Of a DNA stretch of 64,000 bases, positions 37,369-47,536 are shown piece by piece. Both the position numbers and the translations under genes were made by a program. The first letter of the stretch is position 1, and every line of letters starts with the position of its first letter. The notes below the pieces were generated by a model. That model was not told the origin of the DNA. It did no database searches and was given only the letters and a program-made list of their open reading frames with translations. This DNA comes from an uncultured Bacteroidales bacterium (GTDB lineage: Bacteria > Bacteroidota > Bacteroidia > Bacteroidales > UBA932), in the NCBI GenBank assembly GCA_900545245.1, contig UQYV01000005.1:24922-88921 (forward strand), in the 5' to 3' direction.

Positions 37369-38067
37369 CTACTCCTCCGCCGGCTTCCAGTTCCTGTACT
37401 TCTCCGGAATCTCGACTACCGGCGGGTCTTTCCAGAACAGCGACCAGTAGAGCATCGGAAAGTCGCCGTCCTTCCACAACTGGACAAGTTCCTCCACCTG
37501 CGCGTCCTCGCCCTTCGGGTCGTAGGGCTTTTTCATGTCCTCATCGAACATCTTTGCCACACCCTGCCAGAATCCTGCGGTGATTCCGCCCTTGTAGCCG
37601 CGTATCAGCTCGTATGACGTTTGCCCGCTCTCGCGGTCTATCAGCTTCATGATCAACATCCCTTGGCTTACGGTGAGATTTCTCATCTGCTTTTCGAACA
37701 CGCCGAACAGCTCCTTCTGGAGATGGTTGATGTAGCGCTCCTTCTTCAGCCCCGTAAGATGGTCGGCCGCAATCACGCTGTCTGTCTCCTGAACCATCCT
37801 CTTCGCCACGAGCGCATAGGGGTAAGCCTTGCTGAAATTGTGTACGAGCCGGTAGTATTTCCTCCATTCTTTACCCTTCTGCTTGGGCATCTTCTGGAAC
37901 ACGCGGGCCGGCCTGATGCTGTCGTAATAGACGGTGTCCCCGTTTTCTACGGAATATTCCAGCCATCCTCCCGGCTTCGTTGGCCTGCTTTGCGCATTCG
38001 ACCTCACGGCATCCGCACCCCATAATGCGAGGATGACGAGAACCGATATGAGCCGGAGGCGTTTCAT
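37369..38067 (-). CDS. Secreted hypothetical protein, tentatively labelled DUF4294-like
   Basis: 232 aa with a signal peptide; about 230 aa is what I recall for this Bacteroidetes-specific family. Confidence 0.5.
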   Translation of the reverse strand: MKRLRLISVLVILALWGADAVRSNAQSRPTKPGGWLEYSVENGDTVYYDSIRPARVFQKMPKQKGKEWRKYYRLVHNFSKAYPYALVAKRMVQETDSVIAADHLTGLKKERYINHLQKELFGVFEKQMRNLTVSQGMLIMKLIDRESGQTSYELIRGYKGGITAGFWQGVAKMFDEDMKKPYDPKGEDAQVEELVQLWKDGDFPMLYWSLFWKDPPVVEIPEKYRNWKPAEE

Positions 38068-38351
38068 GAGGTATATATAATATGTATTCTATTTTATATT
38101 GCGGAGTTCCCGCACAGCCTGCAAAAATAATCATTTCCTTCGTCATGTCGTCAACCGGATTGCAAAATGTGTGGCGAAATGTCTCGTGCCATCTGTTTGG
38201 TGGCATCGTTTTCCGTGTGGTCGAAAACGGATGAATATATTTTTTATCAATCTGTGTAATACTCTGAAAATGGAAAAGTTAATATGCAAAAAATGCGGTC
38301 AAAAAAGTTTGAATTTTTTGCAGAAAAAGTTGTCGTTTCGATATTTTTTCG

Positions 38352-38359
38352 TATCTTTG
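38352..38359 (+). promoter_or_regulatory. -7 promoter box TATCTTTG for rplP and the downstream ribosomal genes
   Basis: The context cgTATCTTTGCAGt nearly matches the rplC promoter cgTATATTTGCAGc; it lies 96 bp upstream of rplP. Confidence 0.4.
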
Positions 38360-38454
38360 CAGTCCCAAAATTGAGGGGTAGTATGCCCAACTGTCTATCT
38401 TTCAATAATTTAAGGGAAAGGTTGAATAATTTATAATTCAAAAGTAATAAGACA

Positions 38455-38874
38455 ATGTTACAACCAAAGAAAACAAAATTTAGAAGGCAGCAAAAGGGCC
38501 GCATGAAGGGTCTTGCCCAGAGGGGCAACCAGCTTGCGTTCGGTTCTTTTGGCATCAAGACCTTGGAAAATTGTTGGCTTACAGGTCGTCAGATTGAGGC
38601 TGCCCGTCAGGCGGTGTCCCGTTACATGAAGCGTGAGGGTAAAATCTGGATCAGAATCTTCCCTGACAAGCCTTATACAAGGAAACCTGCCGAAGTCCGA
38701 ATGGGTAAAGGTAAGGGTAATCCGGAGGGATTCGTATGCCCTGTGACCCCGGGCCGTATTCTTATTGAGGCTGAGGGTGTTCCGATGGAAATCGCCAAGG
38801 AGGCACTCCGTCTCGGCGCTCAGAAACTTCCTGTCACAACAAAGTTTGTGGTTCGCAGGGACTATGTCGAATAA
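38455..38874 (+). CDS. rplP: 50S ribosomal protein L16
   Basis: [19 protein letters not shown]... Confidence 0.96.
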   Translation: MLQPKKTKFRRQQKGRMKGLAQRGNQLAFGSFGIKTLENCWLTGRQIEAARQAVSRYMKREGKIWIRIFPDKPYTRKPAEVRMGKGKGNPEGFVCPVTPGRILIEAEGVPMEIAKEALRLGAQKLPVTTKFVVRRDYVE

Positions 38875-38895
38875 TTTAATGGAGAGCAGAAAGTT

Positions 38896-39090
38896 ATGAA
38901 AATTACAGAAGTACGTGAAATGTCGGTTGCAGATCTTCGTGACCGCATCGCAGTTGAGAAAGCGAACCTTTCTACAATGAAAATGAATCACGCCATCTCT
39001 CCGTTAGAGGATACGTCAAAAATCAAGAAGGCACGGAAGGACATCGCGCGCATGATGTTCGTCCTTGCAGAAAAAGAGAAACAGAACTAA
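38896..39090 (+). CDS. rpmC: 50S ribosomal protein L29
   Basis: 64 aa in the expected order; L29-like. Confidence 0.93.
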   Translation: MKITEVREMSVADLRDRIAVEKANLSTMKMNHAISPLEDTSKIKKARKDIARMMFVLAEKEKQN

Positions 39091-39102
39091 ATTTGAATTC
39101 TC

Positions 39103-39357
39103 ATGGAAAGAAATCTTCGCAAGGAAAGAATAGGTGTTGTGGTCAGCAACAAGATGGACAAATCCATCGTCGTTGCCGTAAAGACTAAGGAAATGCACCC
39201 GATGTACGGCAAGTTCGTCAAAAAGACCACCAAGTTCGTTGCTCATGACGAGAAGAACGAGTGCAGTGTCGGTGACACTGTCCTCATCATGGAAACCCGT
39301 CCTCTCAGCAAGACAAAGAACTGGAGATTAGTTGAAATCGTAGAAAAAGTTAAGTAG
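39103..39357 (+). CDS. rpsQ: 30S ribosomal protein S17
   Basis: 84 aa in the expected order; S17-like. Confidence 0.94.
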   Translation: MERNLRKERIGVVVSNKMDKSIVVAVKTKEMHPMYGKFVKKTTKFVAHDEKNECSVGDTVLIMETRPLSKTKNWRLVEIVEKVK

Positions 39358-39359
39358 CA

Positions 39360-39725
39360 ATGATACAGCAGGAATCACGTTTACAGGTGGCAGACAACAG
39401 TGGAGCAAAGGAAGTCCTTTGTATCCGTGTTCTGGGTGGTACCCGTCACCGTTATGCAAGAGTGGGCGACAAGATCGTTGTTGCAGTCAAGAGCGCTATC
39501 CCTGGCGGTGACGCAAAGAAGGGCTCGGTGTCAAAGGCTGTGGTTGTCCGCACAAAGAAAGAGATTCGTCGTCCGGACGGTTCATATATCCGTTTCGATG
39601 ACAACGCTTGCGTTCTTCTCAACAATCAGGGTGAGGTTCGTGGAACACGTATCTTCGGCCCTGTTGCAAGGGAGCTTCGCGAGAACTATATGAAAATCGT
39701 TTCACTGGCACCGGAGGTCCTCTAA
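39360..39725 (+). CDS. rplN: 50S ribosomal protein L14
   Basis: [17 protein letters not shown]... Confidence 0.97.
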   Translation: MIQQESRLQVADNSGAKEVLCIRVLGGTRHRYARVGDKIVVAVKSAIPGGDAKKGSVSKAVVVRTKKEIRRPDGSYIRFDDNACVLLNNQGEVRGTRIFGPVARELRENYMKIVSLAPEVL

Positions 39726-39738
39726 TTGATTTAGCATT

Positions 39739-40053
39739 ATGAAAAGAATTAAAAAAGGCGACACCGTATTTGTAAATGCCGGTAACGACAAGGGAAAGAC
39801 CGGCAAGGTGCTCGAGATTCTCACGGAGAAGAACCGTGCCATCGTCGAGGGCATCAACATCGTGTCAAAGCACACCAAACCAAACGCAAAGAATCCTCAG
39901 GGAGGAATCATCAAACAGGAAGCTGGAATCCATATCTCCAACCTTCAGCTCGTCGACCCTGCGAAGGGCGGAGCAACCCGCGTGGGCTTCAAGATTAAGG
40001 AGGATGGTACTAAGGTCCGTGTTTCCAAAAAATCAGGAGAGGAGATTAAGTAA
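39739..40053 (+). CDS. rplX: 50S ribosomal protein L24
   Basis: 104 aa in the expected order; L24/KOW-like. Confidence 0.95.
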   Translation: MKRIKKGDTVFVNAGNDKGKTGKVLEILTEKNRAIVEGINIVSKHTKPNAKNPQGGIIKQEAGIHISNLQLVDPAKGGATRVGFKIKEDGTKVRVSKKSGEEIK

Positions 40054-40655
40054 TGGCAGCAAAGAAACAGACAGCCGCTCCGGCAGCACAGACAGTACCT
40101 GCAGGATATGTCCCTGCACTTAAGAAACTCTATAAGGAGGAGATCGTCGACAAGCTCATGAAGCAGTTCGGCTATTCTACCGTTATGCAGGTTCCTAAAC
40201 TTGTGAAGATTACCATCAACGAGGGTGTCGGCGATGCAACCGGTGACAAGAAACTCGTCGAGGTCGCACAGCAGGAACTCACGGCAATCACCGGACAGAA
40301 GGCAATCGTCACGACTTCAAGGAAGGATATTTCAAACTTCAAACTCCGTAAGGGAATGCCTATCGGAACGAAAGTTACCCTTCGCAATGTGAAGATGTAC
40401 GAGTTCCTTGAGAGGCTCATCCGTATTTCTCTTCCGCGTATCCGCGACTTCAACGGTATCTCAGAGAAGATGGACGGCAAGGGCAACTACACTCTCGGTA
40501 TCAAAGAGCAGATTATCTTCCCTGAAATCGACATCGATAAGATTACCAAGATTCTCGGAATGGAGATCACTTTTGTGACTACCGCCCAGACCGACGAGGA
40601 GGCTCACGCACTTCTTTCAGCATTCGGTCTGCCTTTCAAGAAAAATAACAAATAA
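40053..40655 (+). CDS. rplE: 50S ribosomal protein L5, with an N-terminal extension of about 15 aa
   Basis: [16 protein letters not shown]...FPEID motifs. Its start overlaps the rplX stop by 1 nt. Confidence 0.95.
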   Translation: MAAKKQTAAPAAQTVPAGYVPALKKLYKEEIVDKLMKQFGYSTVMQVPKLVKITINEGVGDATGDKKLVEVAQQELTAITGQKAIVTTSRKDISNFKLRKGMPIGTKVTLRNVKMYEFLERLIRISLPRIRDFNGISEKMDGKGNYTLGIKEQIIFPEIDIDKITKILGMEITFVTTAQTDEEAHALLSAFGLPFKKNNK

Positions 40656-40666
40656 AGACACATAAG

Positions 40667-40936
40667 ATGGCAAAAGAATCAATGAAGGCTCGCGAGGTTA
40701 AGCGCGCTAAGCTGGTTGCTAAATACGCCGAGAAGAGGAAAGCTCTCAAGGAAGCCGGTGATTGGGCAGCTCTCGACAAGCTCCCTAAGAACTCAAGTCC
40801 TTGCCGTATGCACAATCGCTGCTCTCTTACAGGAAGACCTAAGGGTTATATGAGGATGTTCGGCATCAGCCGTATCCAGTTCCGCGAGATGGCAAGCAAC
40901 GGTCTCATTCCGGGTGTGAAGAAAGCAAGCTGGTAA
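40667..40936 (+). CDS. rpsN: 30S ribosomal protein S14
   Basis: 89 aa; ...CRMHNRC...[18 protein letters not shown]... Confidence 0.95.
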   Translation: MAKESMKAREVKRAKLVAKYAEKRKALKEAGDWAALDKLPKNSSPCRMHNRCSLTGRPKGYMRMFGISRIQFREMASNGLIPGVKKASW

Positions 40937-41028
40937 TAACAGAGATACAATTCATTACAATATTTATTAACAATTCGGATATCGGGCACCTTACGGGTGT
41001 CGTGAAATCCCACTAAAGGATTTAAAAA

Positions 41029-41424
41029 ATGACTGATCCAATTGCAGATTACCTTACAAGGGTTCGCAATGCCTATTCAGTAGGCAAGAAGATCGTTGAG
41101 ATTCCGTCTTCAAAGATGAAGCTCGCAATCACCAAGATCCTCTGCGAGAAAGGTTACATCCTCAGCTACAAGGTAGTTGAAGGCACTCCTTTCAACACAA
41201 TCAAAATCGCTCTGAAGTATCATCCTCAGACAAAGACCGCTGCAGTCAAGCACATCGAGCGCATTTCAAGGCCGGGCCTCAGAAAGTATGTCGATGTCGA
41301 GAACATGCCGCGCGTTCTGAACGGACTCGGAATTGCGATTATCTCAACTTCAAAAGGCGTCATCACTGACAAGGAGGCAAAAGAGCTTAATGTCGGCGGT
41401 GAGGTGCTCTGTTATGTTTATTAA
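41029..41424 (+). CDS. rpsH: 30S ribosomal protein S8
   Basis: MTDPIADYLTRVRNA... Confidence 0.97.
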   Translation: MTDPIADYLTRVRNAYSVGKKIVEIPSSKMKLAITKILCEKGYILSYKVVEGTPFNTIKIALKYHPQTKTAAVKHIERISRPGLRKYVDVENMPRVLNGLGIAIISTSKGVITDKEAKELNVGGEVLCYVY

Positions 41425-41441
41425 TTTAAAACTGAAGAATA

Positions 41442-42002
41442 ATGTCAAGAATTGGTAAATTGCCTGTACACCTTCCTGCCGGTGTGACTGTTGAAGTCGC
41501 TGCCGGAAACGTGGTTAAGGTTAAAGGACCTCTCGGACAGCTCAGCCAGAAGGTTGACCCTGACATCACTGTCACCGTAGAGGGTAATGTAGTTACATTG
41601 GCACGCCCGACAGATCTTCCTCGTCACCGCTCTATGCACGGTCTCTACCGCGCCCTCATCCACAACATGGTGGTCGGTGTTTCAGAGGGTTACACAATCC
41701 GTCAGGAGCTTGTCGGTGTGGGTTACCGTGTCGAAGTTGCCGGTCAGATGGCAGTCTTTGCCCTCGGTTTCTCTCACGAGATCCACTTCCAGCTTCCGGC
41801 TGAAATCAAGGCAGAGGCCGAGCCGGTGAAGAAGGGACAGAATCCTGTGCTCGTTCTCAAGAGCTGCGACAAGCAGCTTATCGGACAGGTCGCAGCCAAG
41901 ATCCGCTCATTCCGCAAGCCTGAGCCATACAAGGGCAAGGGTATCAAGTTTGTCGGCGAGACGCTTCGTCGCAAGGCCGGTAAATCAGCAGGCGCTAAAT
42001 AA
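41442..42002 (+). CDS. rplF: 50S ribosomal protein L6
   Basis: MSRIGKLPVHLPAGVTV... Confidence 0.97.
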   Translation: MSRIGKLPVHLPAGVTVEVAAGNVVKVKGPLGQLSQKVDPDITVTVEGNVVTLARPTDLPRHRSMHGLYRALIHNMVVGVSEGYTIRQELVGVGYRVEVAGQMAVFALGFSHEIHFQLPAEIKAEAEPVKKGQNPVLVLKSCDKQLIGQVAAKIRSFRKPEPYKGKGIKFVGETLRRKAGKSAGAK

Positions 42003-42017
42003 TAGGAGGACTAAGTT

Positions 42018-42380
42018 ATGGCATTGAATAAAATTGAAAGAAGAAAAAGGATTCACTACCGTATTCGTAAAGTCGTTAATGGTACTGCTGAGAGACCGAG
42101 AATGGTTGTATTCAGAAGCAACAAGCAGATTTACGTTCAGGTTGTTGACGATTTGAAGGGCATCACCCTCGTGGCTGCCGCTTCAAATGACAAGGAACTT
42201 GCGGCTGACTGCAAGGGCAAGACCGGTGTCGAGGCTGCCGCAATCGTCGGAAAGAAGATTGCAGAGCGTGCCCTCGCAAAAGGAATCACCACGATTTCCT
42301 TCGACCGTGGAGGCTACCTCTATCACGGACGTGTTAAAAGTTTGGCTGATGCTGCCCGTGAAGGTGGCCTGATTTTCTAA
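42018..42380 (+). CDS. rplR: 50S ribosomal protein L18
   Basis: 120 aa in the expected order; ...[13 protein letters not shown]... Confidence 0.95.
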   Translation: MALNKIERRKRIHYRIRKVVNGTAERPRMVVFRSNKQIYVQVVDDLKGITLVAAASNDKELAADCKGKTGVEAAAIVGKKIAERALAKGITTISFDRGGYLYHGRVKSLADAAREGGLIF

Positions 42381-42391
42381 AAATTGAGACT

Positions 42392-42910
42392 ATGGCAAAT
42401 ACAAATGTTAAGAAAGTAAAGACATCTGACCTTGAGCTCAAGGACAGACTTGTTGCCATCCAGAGAGTGACCAAGGTTACTAAGGGTGGTCGTCACTTCA
42501 GTTTTGCAGCCATTGTTGTTGTGGGTGACGAGAACGGCGTTGTCGGTTATGGTCTCGGTAAGGCCAATGAGGTCACTACAGCAATCTCCAAGGGTGTAGA
42601 GGATGCGAAGAAGAATCTCGTGAAGGTTCCTGTTCTCAACCACACTATCCCTCACGAGCAGGAGGCAAAATTCGGTGGCGCTCGCGTTTTCATGAAGCCT
42701 GCTGCCCCTGGTACAGGAGTTAAGGCCGGTGGTGCGATGCGTGTCGTTTTCGAGTCAGTCGGAATCCACAATGTCCTCGCGAAGTCAAAGGGCTCTTCAA
42801 ACCCTCACAACCTCGTGAAGGCTACCGTTGCGGCTCTCACTGAGATGCGTGACGCCTACACTGTCGCAGGACTCCGCGGCATTCCTATGAGCAGAGTGTT
42901 TAAAGGTTAA
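42392..42910 (+). CDS. rpsE: 30S ribosomal protein S5
   Basis: [26 protein letters not shown]. Confidence 0.97.
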   Translation: MANTNVKKVKTSDLELKDRLVAIQRVTKVTKGGRHFSFAAIVVVGDENGVVGYGLGKANEVTTAISKGVEDAKKNLVKVPVLNHTIPHEQEAKFGGARVFMKPAAPGTGVKAGGAMRVVFESVGIHNVLAKSKGSSNPHNLVKATVAALTEMRDAYTVAGLRGIPMSRVFKG

Positions 42911-42923
42911 GGAGGACTGAACT

Positions 42924-43106
42924 ATGGCAAAAGTAAAGATTACTCAGACTAAGAGTAGGAGCGGTGCTACAAAGAGACAGATTGCGAACCTCGCGTCACT
43001 CGGAATCCACAGGCTCCACCAGACCGTTGAAGTCGAGCTCACCCCTGTAACCAAGGGAATGCTTGAGAAGGTTCTTCACCTTGTAACGGTAGAAGAAGTA
43101 AAATAA
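42924..43106 (+). CDS. rpmD: 50S ribosomal protein L30
   Basis: MAKVKITQTKS... 60 aa. Confidence 0.93.
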   Translation: MAKVKITQTKSRSGATKRQIANLASLGIHRLHQTVEVELTPVTKGMLEKVLHLVTVEEVK

Positions 43107-43121
43107 TTGGAGGGACAGAAT

Positions 43122-43571
43122 ATGAAATTGAATAATTTGACACCTGCAAAAGGTTCTAAAGGAAGAGAGAAGAGAATCGGACGCGGTGAGGGCTCAGGAC
43201 ACGGCGGAACATCAACCCGCGGTCACAAGGGTGCTCAGGCACGTTCAGGCTACTCTCGCAAGAACGGATTCGAGGGAGGTCAGATGCCTATCCAGCGTCG
43301 TCTTCCTAAGTTCGGGTTCACAAACCCTACACGTGTTGAGTACAAGGCAGTCAATGTCGCTGTCCTTCAGGCAATAGCTGAGGAGAACAAGCTTGAGGTC
43401 ATCACGCTTGACATTCTCAGGGAAGCCGGATATGCCGGAAAGAACGATCTCGTGAAGATTCTCGGCAACGGCGAACTCAAGGCCAAAGTTGAGGTCACTG
43501 CAAATGCGTTCTCAAAGAGCGCTGTAGCGAAGATTGAGGCTGCCGGCGGAAAAGCTAACACAATCGAATAG
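43122..43571 (+). CDS. rplO: 50S ribosomal protein L15
   Basis: MKLNNLTPAKGSKG... The ATG at 43122 is preferred over the TTG at 43107. Confidence 0.94.
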   Translation: MKLNNLTPAKGSKGREKRIGRGEGSGHGGTSTRGHKGAQARSGYSRKNGFEGGQMPIQRRLPKFGFTNPTRVEYKAVNVAVLQAIAEENKLEVITLDILREAGYAGKNDLVKILGNGELKAKVEVTANAFSKSAVAKIEAAGGKANTIE

Positions 43572-43576
43572 CAATA

Positions 43577-44914
43577 ATGAAGAAGTTTATTCAGACAATC
43601 AAGAACATCTTCAAGATTGAGGAACTCAGGAAGAGAATCGGCTACACGCTTCTTCTCATCCTTGTCTATCGTCTCGGAAGCTTCATCGTGCTTCCGGGCA
43701 TAGACGCTTCCCAGCTCGCCAAGATGCAGGACTTCGCTCAGGAGGGTCTCGTTGGCCTTCTTGATATGTTCTCAGGCGGTGCGTTCGGTAATGCCTCTAT
43801 CTTTGCGCTGGGTGTGATGCCGTACATCTCGGCTTCCATCGTCATCCAGCTTCTTGGTGTTTTCGTCCCTTACTTCCGCAAAATGCAGATGGAGGGCGAA
43901 AGCGGACGGAGAAAGATGAATCAGTACACGAGGTATCTCACCATCCTGATTCTCTGCATCCAGGGTCCTGCCTATATGGCTGCGCTTCACCAGCAGGTTC
44001 CTGCCAGCGCTTTCGTAGCTGTCAATCAGCTCGGCTGGTCAAACTTCTGGTTTAACCTCGTTTCAACTGTAATCCTCATCGGAGGAACGATGTTCGTGAT
44101 GTGGCTCGGTGAGAGAATCACCGACCGCGGAATAGGCAACGGTATCTCTCTCATCATTATGGTCGGAATCATCGCACGTCTGCCTTTCGCACTCGGTGCC
44201 GAGGTTTCAGCAAAATGGGGAACAGCTGTCGGTGGTATCCTTCTTCTCGTCGTTGAGCTCATCATCCTCTTCTTCGTGTTTGTCGCAGCCATCGCGCTCG
44301 TTCAGGCAGTGAGAAAGGTTCCTGTGCAGTATGCGAAGAGAGTTGTAGGGAACAAGCAGTATGGTGGTGTGCGTCAGTACATCCCGATGAAGATCAACGC
44401 AGCCGGCGTGATGCCTATCATCTTCGCTCAGGCGTTGATGCTCTTCCCGCTTATTTTCTCACGTTTTGATGCAACCAGAGGTCTCGCAGCAGTTTTCAGC
44501 AACTACACCGGATTCTGGTACAACTTCGTGTTTGCGATTCTTGTAATCCTCTTCACTTATTTCTATACAGCCGTAACCGTCAATCCGACGATGATGGCCG
44601 AGGAAATGAGGAAGAACGGTGGATTCATCCCGGGTGTAAAGCCTGGCAAGAAGACCGTGGAGTACCTTGACTCAATCATGTCGAGGGTGACTCTCCCGGG
44701 CTCAATCTTCCTTGCCCTGATTGCTATTCTCCCGGCATTCGCTATGATGCTTGGAGTCAACAACAAATTCGCAAGCTTCTACGGAGGTACTTCCCTCCTG
44801 ATTCTTGTCGGAGTCGTTCTTGACACTCTCCAGCAGATTGAAAGCTATCTTTTGATGCGTCATTACGACGGACTGATGAAGACCGGTCGTCTGAAAGGAC
44901 GTTCAGGTATGTAA
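43577..44914 (+). CDS. secY: Preprotein translocase subunit SecY
   Basis: 445 aa with 10 TM helices; SecY-like, in the expected position in the spc cluster. Confidence 0.96.
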   Translation: MKKFIQTIKNIFKIEELRKRIGYTLLLILVYRLGSFIVLPGIDASQLAKMQDFAQEGLVGLLDMFSGGAFGNASIFALGVMPYISASIVIQLLGVFVPYFRKMQMEGESGRRKMNQYTRYLTILILCIQGPAYMAALHQQVPASAFVAVNQLGWSNFWFNLVSTVILIGGTMFVMWLGERITDRGIGNGISLIIMVGIIARLPFALGAEVSAKWGTAVGGILLLVVELIILFFVFVAAIALVQAVRKVPVQYAKRVVGNKQYGGVRQYIPMKINAAGVMPIIFAQALMLFPLIFSRFDATRGLAAVFSNYTGFWYNFVFAILVILFTYFYTAVTVNPTMMAEEMRKNGGFIPGVKPGKKTVEYLDSIMSRVTLPGSIFLALIAILPAFAMMLGVNNKFASFYGGTSLLILVGVVLDTLQQIESYLLMRHYDGLMKTGRLKGRSGM

Positions 44915-44929
44915 AATCGATAAAGTTCA

Positions 44930-45709
44930 TTGGAAATGGTTGCGCCGAAAACAGAGGAAGAAATAGAGCTGATGCGCGAGAATGCTATTCTCGTTTCCAA
45001 GACATTGGCGGAAGTCGGTAAGATGGTCGCTCCTGGTGTGACAACTCTCGAGTTGAATAGGGTGGCTGAGACTTTTATCCGTGACAACGGAGCTATACCA
45101 AGCTTTCTCGGGTTTGATGGTTTTCCGGCGGCGCTCTGCATGTCTGTAAACGATGTTGTCGTGCACGGTTTCCCGTCCGACTACGTCCTCAGGGACGGAG
45201 ACATCGTGTCGGTGGATTGCGGAACTTACTACAGAGGATACAACGGTGATTCGGCCTACACTTTCCCGGTCGGGGAAGTGGACGCCGAAACTGCCGAGCT
45301 TCTTAAGGTGACGAAGGAATCTCTCTACAAGGGCATTGCAGCAGCGGTTGACGGAGCCCGCGTCGGTGACATAGGACACGCGGTGCAGTCGTATGCGGAG
45401 TCGTTCGGTTTTGGTGTTGTACGTGAGCTTGAGGGCCACGGTATCGGCACGCAGATGCACGAGTCGCCCGGAATTCCCAATTATGGGAGACAGGGGCATG
45501 GCCCGAAGCTCAGAAACGGAATGACAATTTGTATCGAGCCTATGATTACGGCAGGATCCAGAAACGTGTATTTGGACAAAAATGGTTGGGCAGTCCACAC
45601 GGCGGATCACCGGAATGCGGCTCACTACGAGCTTACGGTTGTTGTCAGAAAAGGTCACGCAGAGCAGCTGTCTACCTTTGACTTCATCGAGAACAGTGTT
45701 AAATTTTAA
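44930..45709 (+). CDS. map: Type I methionine aminopeptidase
   Basis: Metal-binding motifs (HG..S, DIVSVDCG, YYRGYNGDSA, HGIG, ICIEPM). Confidence 0.94.
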   Translation: MEMVAPKTEEEIELMRENAILVSKTLAEVGKMVAPGVTTLELNRVAETFIRDNGAIPSFLGFDGFPAALCMSVNDVVVHGFPSDYVLRDGDIVSVDCGTYYRGYNGDSAYTFPVGEVDAETAELLKVTKESLYKGIAAAVDGARVGDIGHAVQSYAESFGFGVVRELEGHGIGTQMHESPGIPNYGRQGHGPKLRNGMTICIEPMITAGSRNVYLDKNGWAVHTADHRNAAHYELTVVVRKGHAEQLSTFDFIENSVKF

Positions 45710-45720
45710 TGTGATATTTT

Positions 45721-45939
45721 ATGCCGAAACAATCAGCAATCGAACAAGAAGGCGTCATTATCGAGACTCTGCCGAACGCAATGTTCAAAGTCGAGCTTGA
45801 GAATGGTCACGTCATCATCGCCCACATCTCCGGAAAGATGAGGATGAACTACATCAAGATTCTGCCCGGTGACAAGGTGAAAGTTGAAATGTCACCTTAT
45901 GATTTATCAAAAGGAAGAATTTCTTTCAGATATAAATAA
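45721..45939 (+). CDS. infA: Translation initiation factor IF-1
   Basis: 72 aa; ...[20 protein letters not shown]...ISGKMR... Confidence 0.96.
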   Translation: MPKQSAIEQEGVIIETLPNAMFKVELENGHVIIAHISGKMRMNYIKILPGDKVKVEMSPYDLSKGRISFRYK

Positions 45940-45949
45940 AATATTAGTT

Positions 45950-46066
45950 ATGAAAGTTAAAACATCCATAAAGAAGCGCAGCGAAGACTGCAAGATCGTA
46001 AAGCGCAAAGGTCGTCTCTACGTGATTTGCAAGAAGAACCCGAAGTTCAAGATGCGCCAGGGATAA
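45950..46066 (+). CDS. rpmJ: 50S ribosomal protein L36
   Basis: 38 aa, [38 protein letters not shown], with a CxxC...C...H-type zinc ribbon. It lies inside a longer spurious ORF in the track. Confidence 0.9.
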   Translation: MKVKTSIKKRSEDCKIVKRKGRLYVICKKNPKFKMRQG

Positions 46067-46103
46067 TCACTGATTTGTTAACAATTTAAGTATTAGAATA
46101 GTT

Positions 46104-46481
46104 ATGGCAAGAATAGCCGGTGTTGATTTACCTAACAACAAGAGGGGAGAGATAGGCTTGACCTATATCTTCGGAATCGGCCGCAGCACAGCAAGGAAGA
46201 TTCTTTCCGAGCTCGGTATCGATTATGACATCAAGTGCGGTGACTGGAACGATGAGCAGGTTGCGGGCATCCGTAGCATCATCGCCAACGAATACAAGAT
46301 TGAAGGTGAGCTCCGTTCAAGCATCCAGATGAACATCAAGCGTTTGATGGATATCGGTTGCTATCGTGGTATCCGCCATCGTCTTGGACTCCCTGTCCGT
46401 GGTCAGAGCACCAAGAACAACGCCCGTACAAGAAAGGGTAAGAAGAAAACCGTTGCCAACAAGAAGAAGGCAACCAAATAG
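46104..46481 (+). CDS. rpsM: 30S ribosomal protein S13
   Basis: [14 protein letters not shown]... Confidence 0.97.
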   Translation: MARIAGVDLPNNKRGEIGLTYIFGIGRSTARKILSELGIDYDIKCGDWNDEQVAGIRSIIANEYKIEGELRSSIQMNIKRLMDIGCYRGIRHRLGLPVRGQSTKNNARTRKGKKKTVANKKKATK

Positions 46482-46491
46482 TCGATGAATT

Positions 46492-46881
46492 ATGGCAAAG
46501 AAAACAACAACAGCAAAAAAGAGAGTTGTAAAGGTTGACGCTTGTGGCGAGGCTCATATTTCATCAACCTTCAACAACGTGATCATTTCTCTGACCAACA
46601 GTATCGGACAGGTGATCAGCTGGTCCTCTGCCGGAAAGAGCGGTTTCAGGGGATCAAAGAAAAACACTCCTTATGCAGCGCAGGTTGCGGCTGAGGATTG
46701 TGCAAAGACAGCCTACGACCTCGGTCTCCGCAAGGTAAAGGCGTATGTGAAGGGTCCTGGTGCAGGACGTGAGTCCGCAATCAGAACAATCCACGGTGCA
46801 GGCATCGAAGTTACCGAGATTATCGATGTTACTCCTATGCCGCACAACGGATGCCGCCCTAAGGGACGTCGTAAGGTTTAA
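46492..46881 (+). CDS. rpsK: 30S ribosomal protein S11
   Basis: 129 aa in the expected order; S11-like. Confidence 0.96.
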   Translation: MAKKTTTAKKRVVKVDACGEAHISSTFNNVIISLTNSIGQVISWSSAGKSGFRGSKKNTPYAAQVAAEDCAKTAYDLGLRKVKAYVKGPGAGRESAIRTIHGAGIEVTEIIDVTPMPHNGCRPKGRRKV

Positions 46882-46909
46882 TGTGTAACAATCTAAAGCA
46901 AGAATTACT

Positions 46910-47512
46910 ATGGCAAGATATATTGGACCAAGTACCAAAATTGCGCGTAAGTTCGGCGAGCCGATCTACGGAACGGATAAGGACTTTGAAAAGAGAAATT
47001 ATCCTCCGGGACAGCACGGACTTGCAAGCAAGCGCAAGAAGAAATCCGAGTACGGCACTCAGCTCAAGGAGAAGCAGAAAGTTAAGTATACTTACGGCGT
47101 TCTCGAAAGGCAGTTCCGCAACACTTACGAGAAGGCGTCCCGCATGAAGGGACAGAAAGGTGAGAACCTCCTCTTCCTTCTTGAGTCTCGTCTTGACAAC
47201 ATCGTGTATCGTCTTGGTTTCGCTCCTACAAGGGCGGCAGCAAGACAGCTCGTTCTCCACTGCCACATTACGCTCAACGGGGAAGTTTGCAACATTCCTT
47301 CTGCAACAGTGAAGCCTGGTGACGTTGTTGCCGTGCGCGAGAGGTCAAAGAGCCTTGAGGTAATCACTGCAAGCGTCGCTTCCGCAGCGAAGTACTCATG
47401 GCTTGAGCTTGACGCGAAGGCGCTTACCGGAAAGTATCTCAATGTTCCTGTACGCGAGGAAATCCCTGAGAATATCAACGAGCAGCTTATCGTCGAGCTT
47501 TACTCCAAGTAA
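46910..47512 (+). CDS. rpsD: 30S ribosomal protein S4
   Basis: [17 protein letters not shown]... Confidence 0.97.
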   Translation: MARYIGPSTKIARKFGEPIYGTDKDFEKRNYPPGQHGLASKRKKKSEYGTQLKEKQKVKYTYGVLERQFRNTYEKASRMKGQKGENLLFLLESRLDNIVYRLGFAPTRAAARQLVLHCHITLNGEVCNIPSATVKPGDVVAVRERSKSLEVITASVASAAKYSWLELDAKALTGKYLNVPVREEIPENINEQLIVELYSK

Positions 47513-47536
47513 TAATTAAACACCCAAAAAGCAATT

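Noticed and set aside
38099-38374. 91-aa ORF in the DUF4294/rplP divergent intergenic region
   Set aside because: It is AT-rich and Cys/Lys-rich with no domain, and it spans the predicted rplP promoter. More likely non-coding regulatory DNA.
9100-38454. Possibility that the 29-kb segment splitting the ribosomal cluster is a mobile element or genomic island
   Set aside because: No integrase, transposase, tRNA, direct repeats at the borders or phage genes. It carries core housekeeping genes (uvrC, acpP, ftsX, uppP, lpxH), so a chromosomal rearrangement is more likely.
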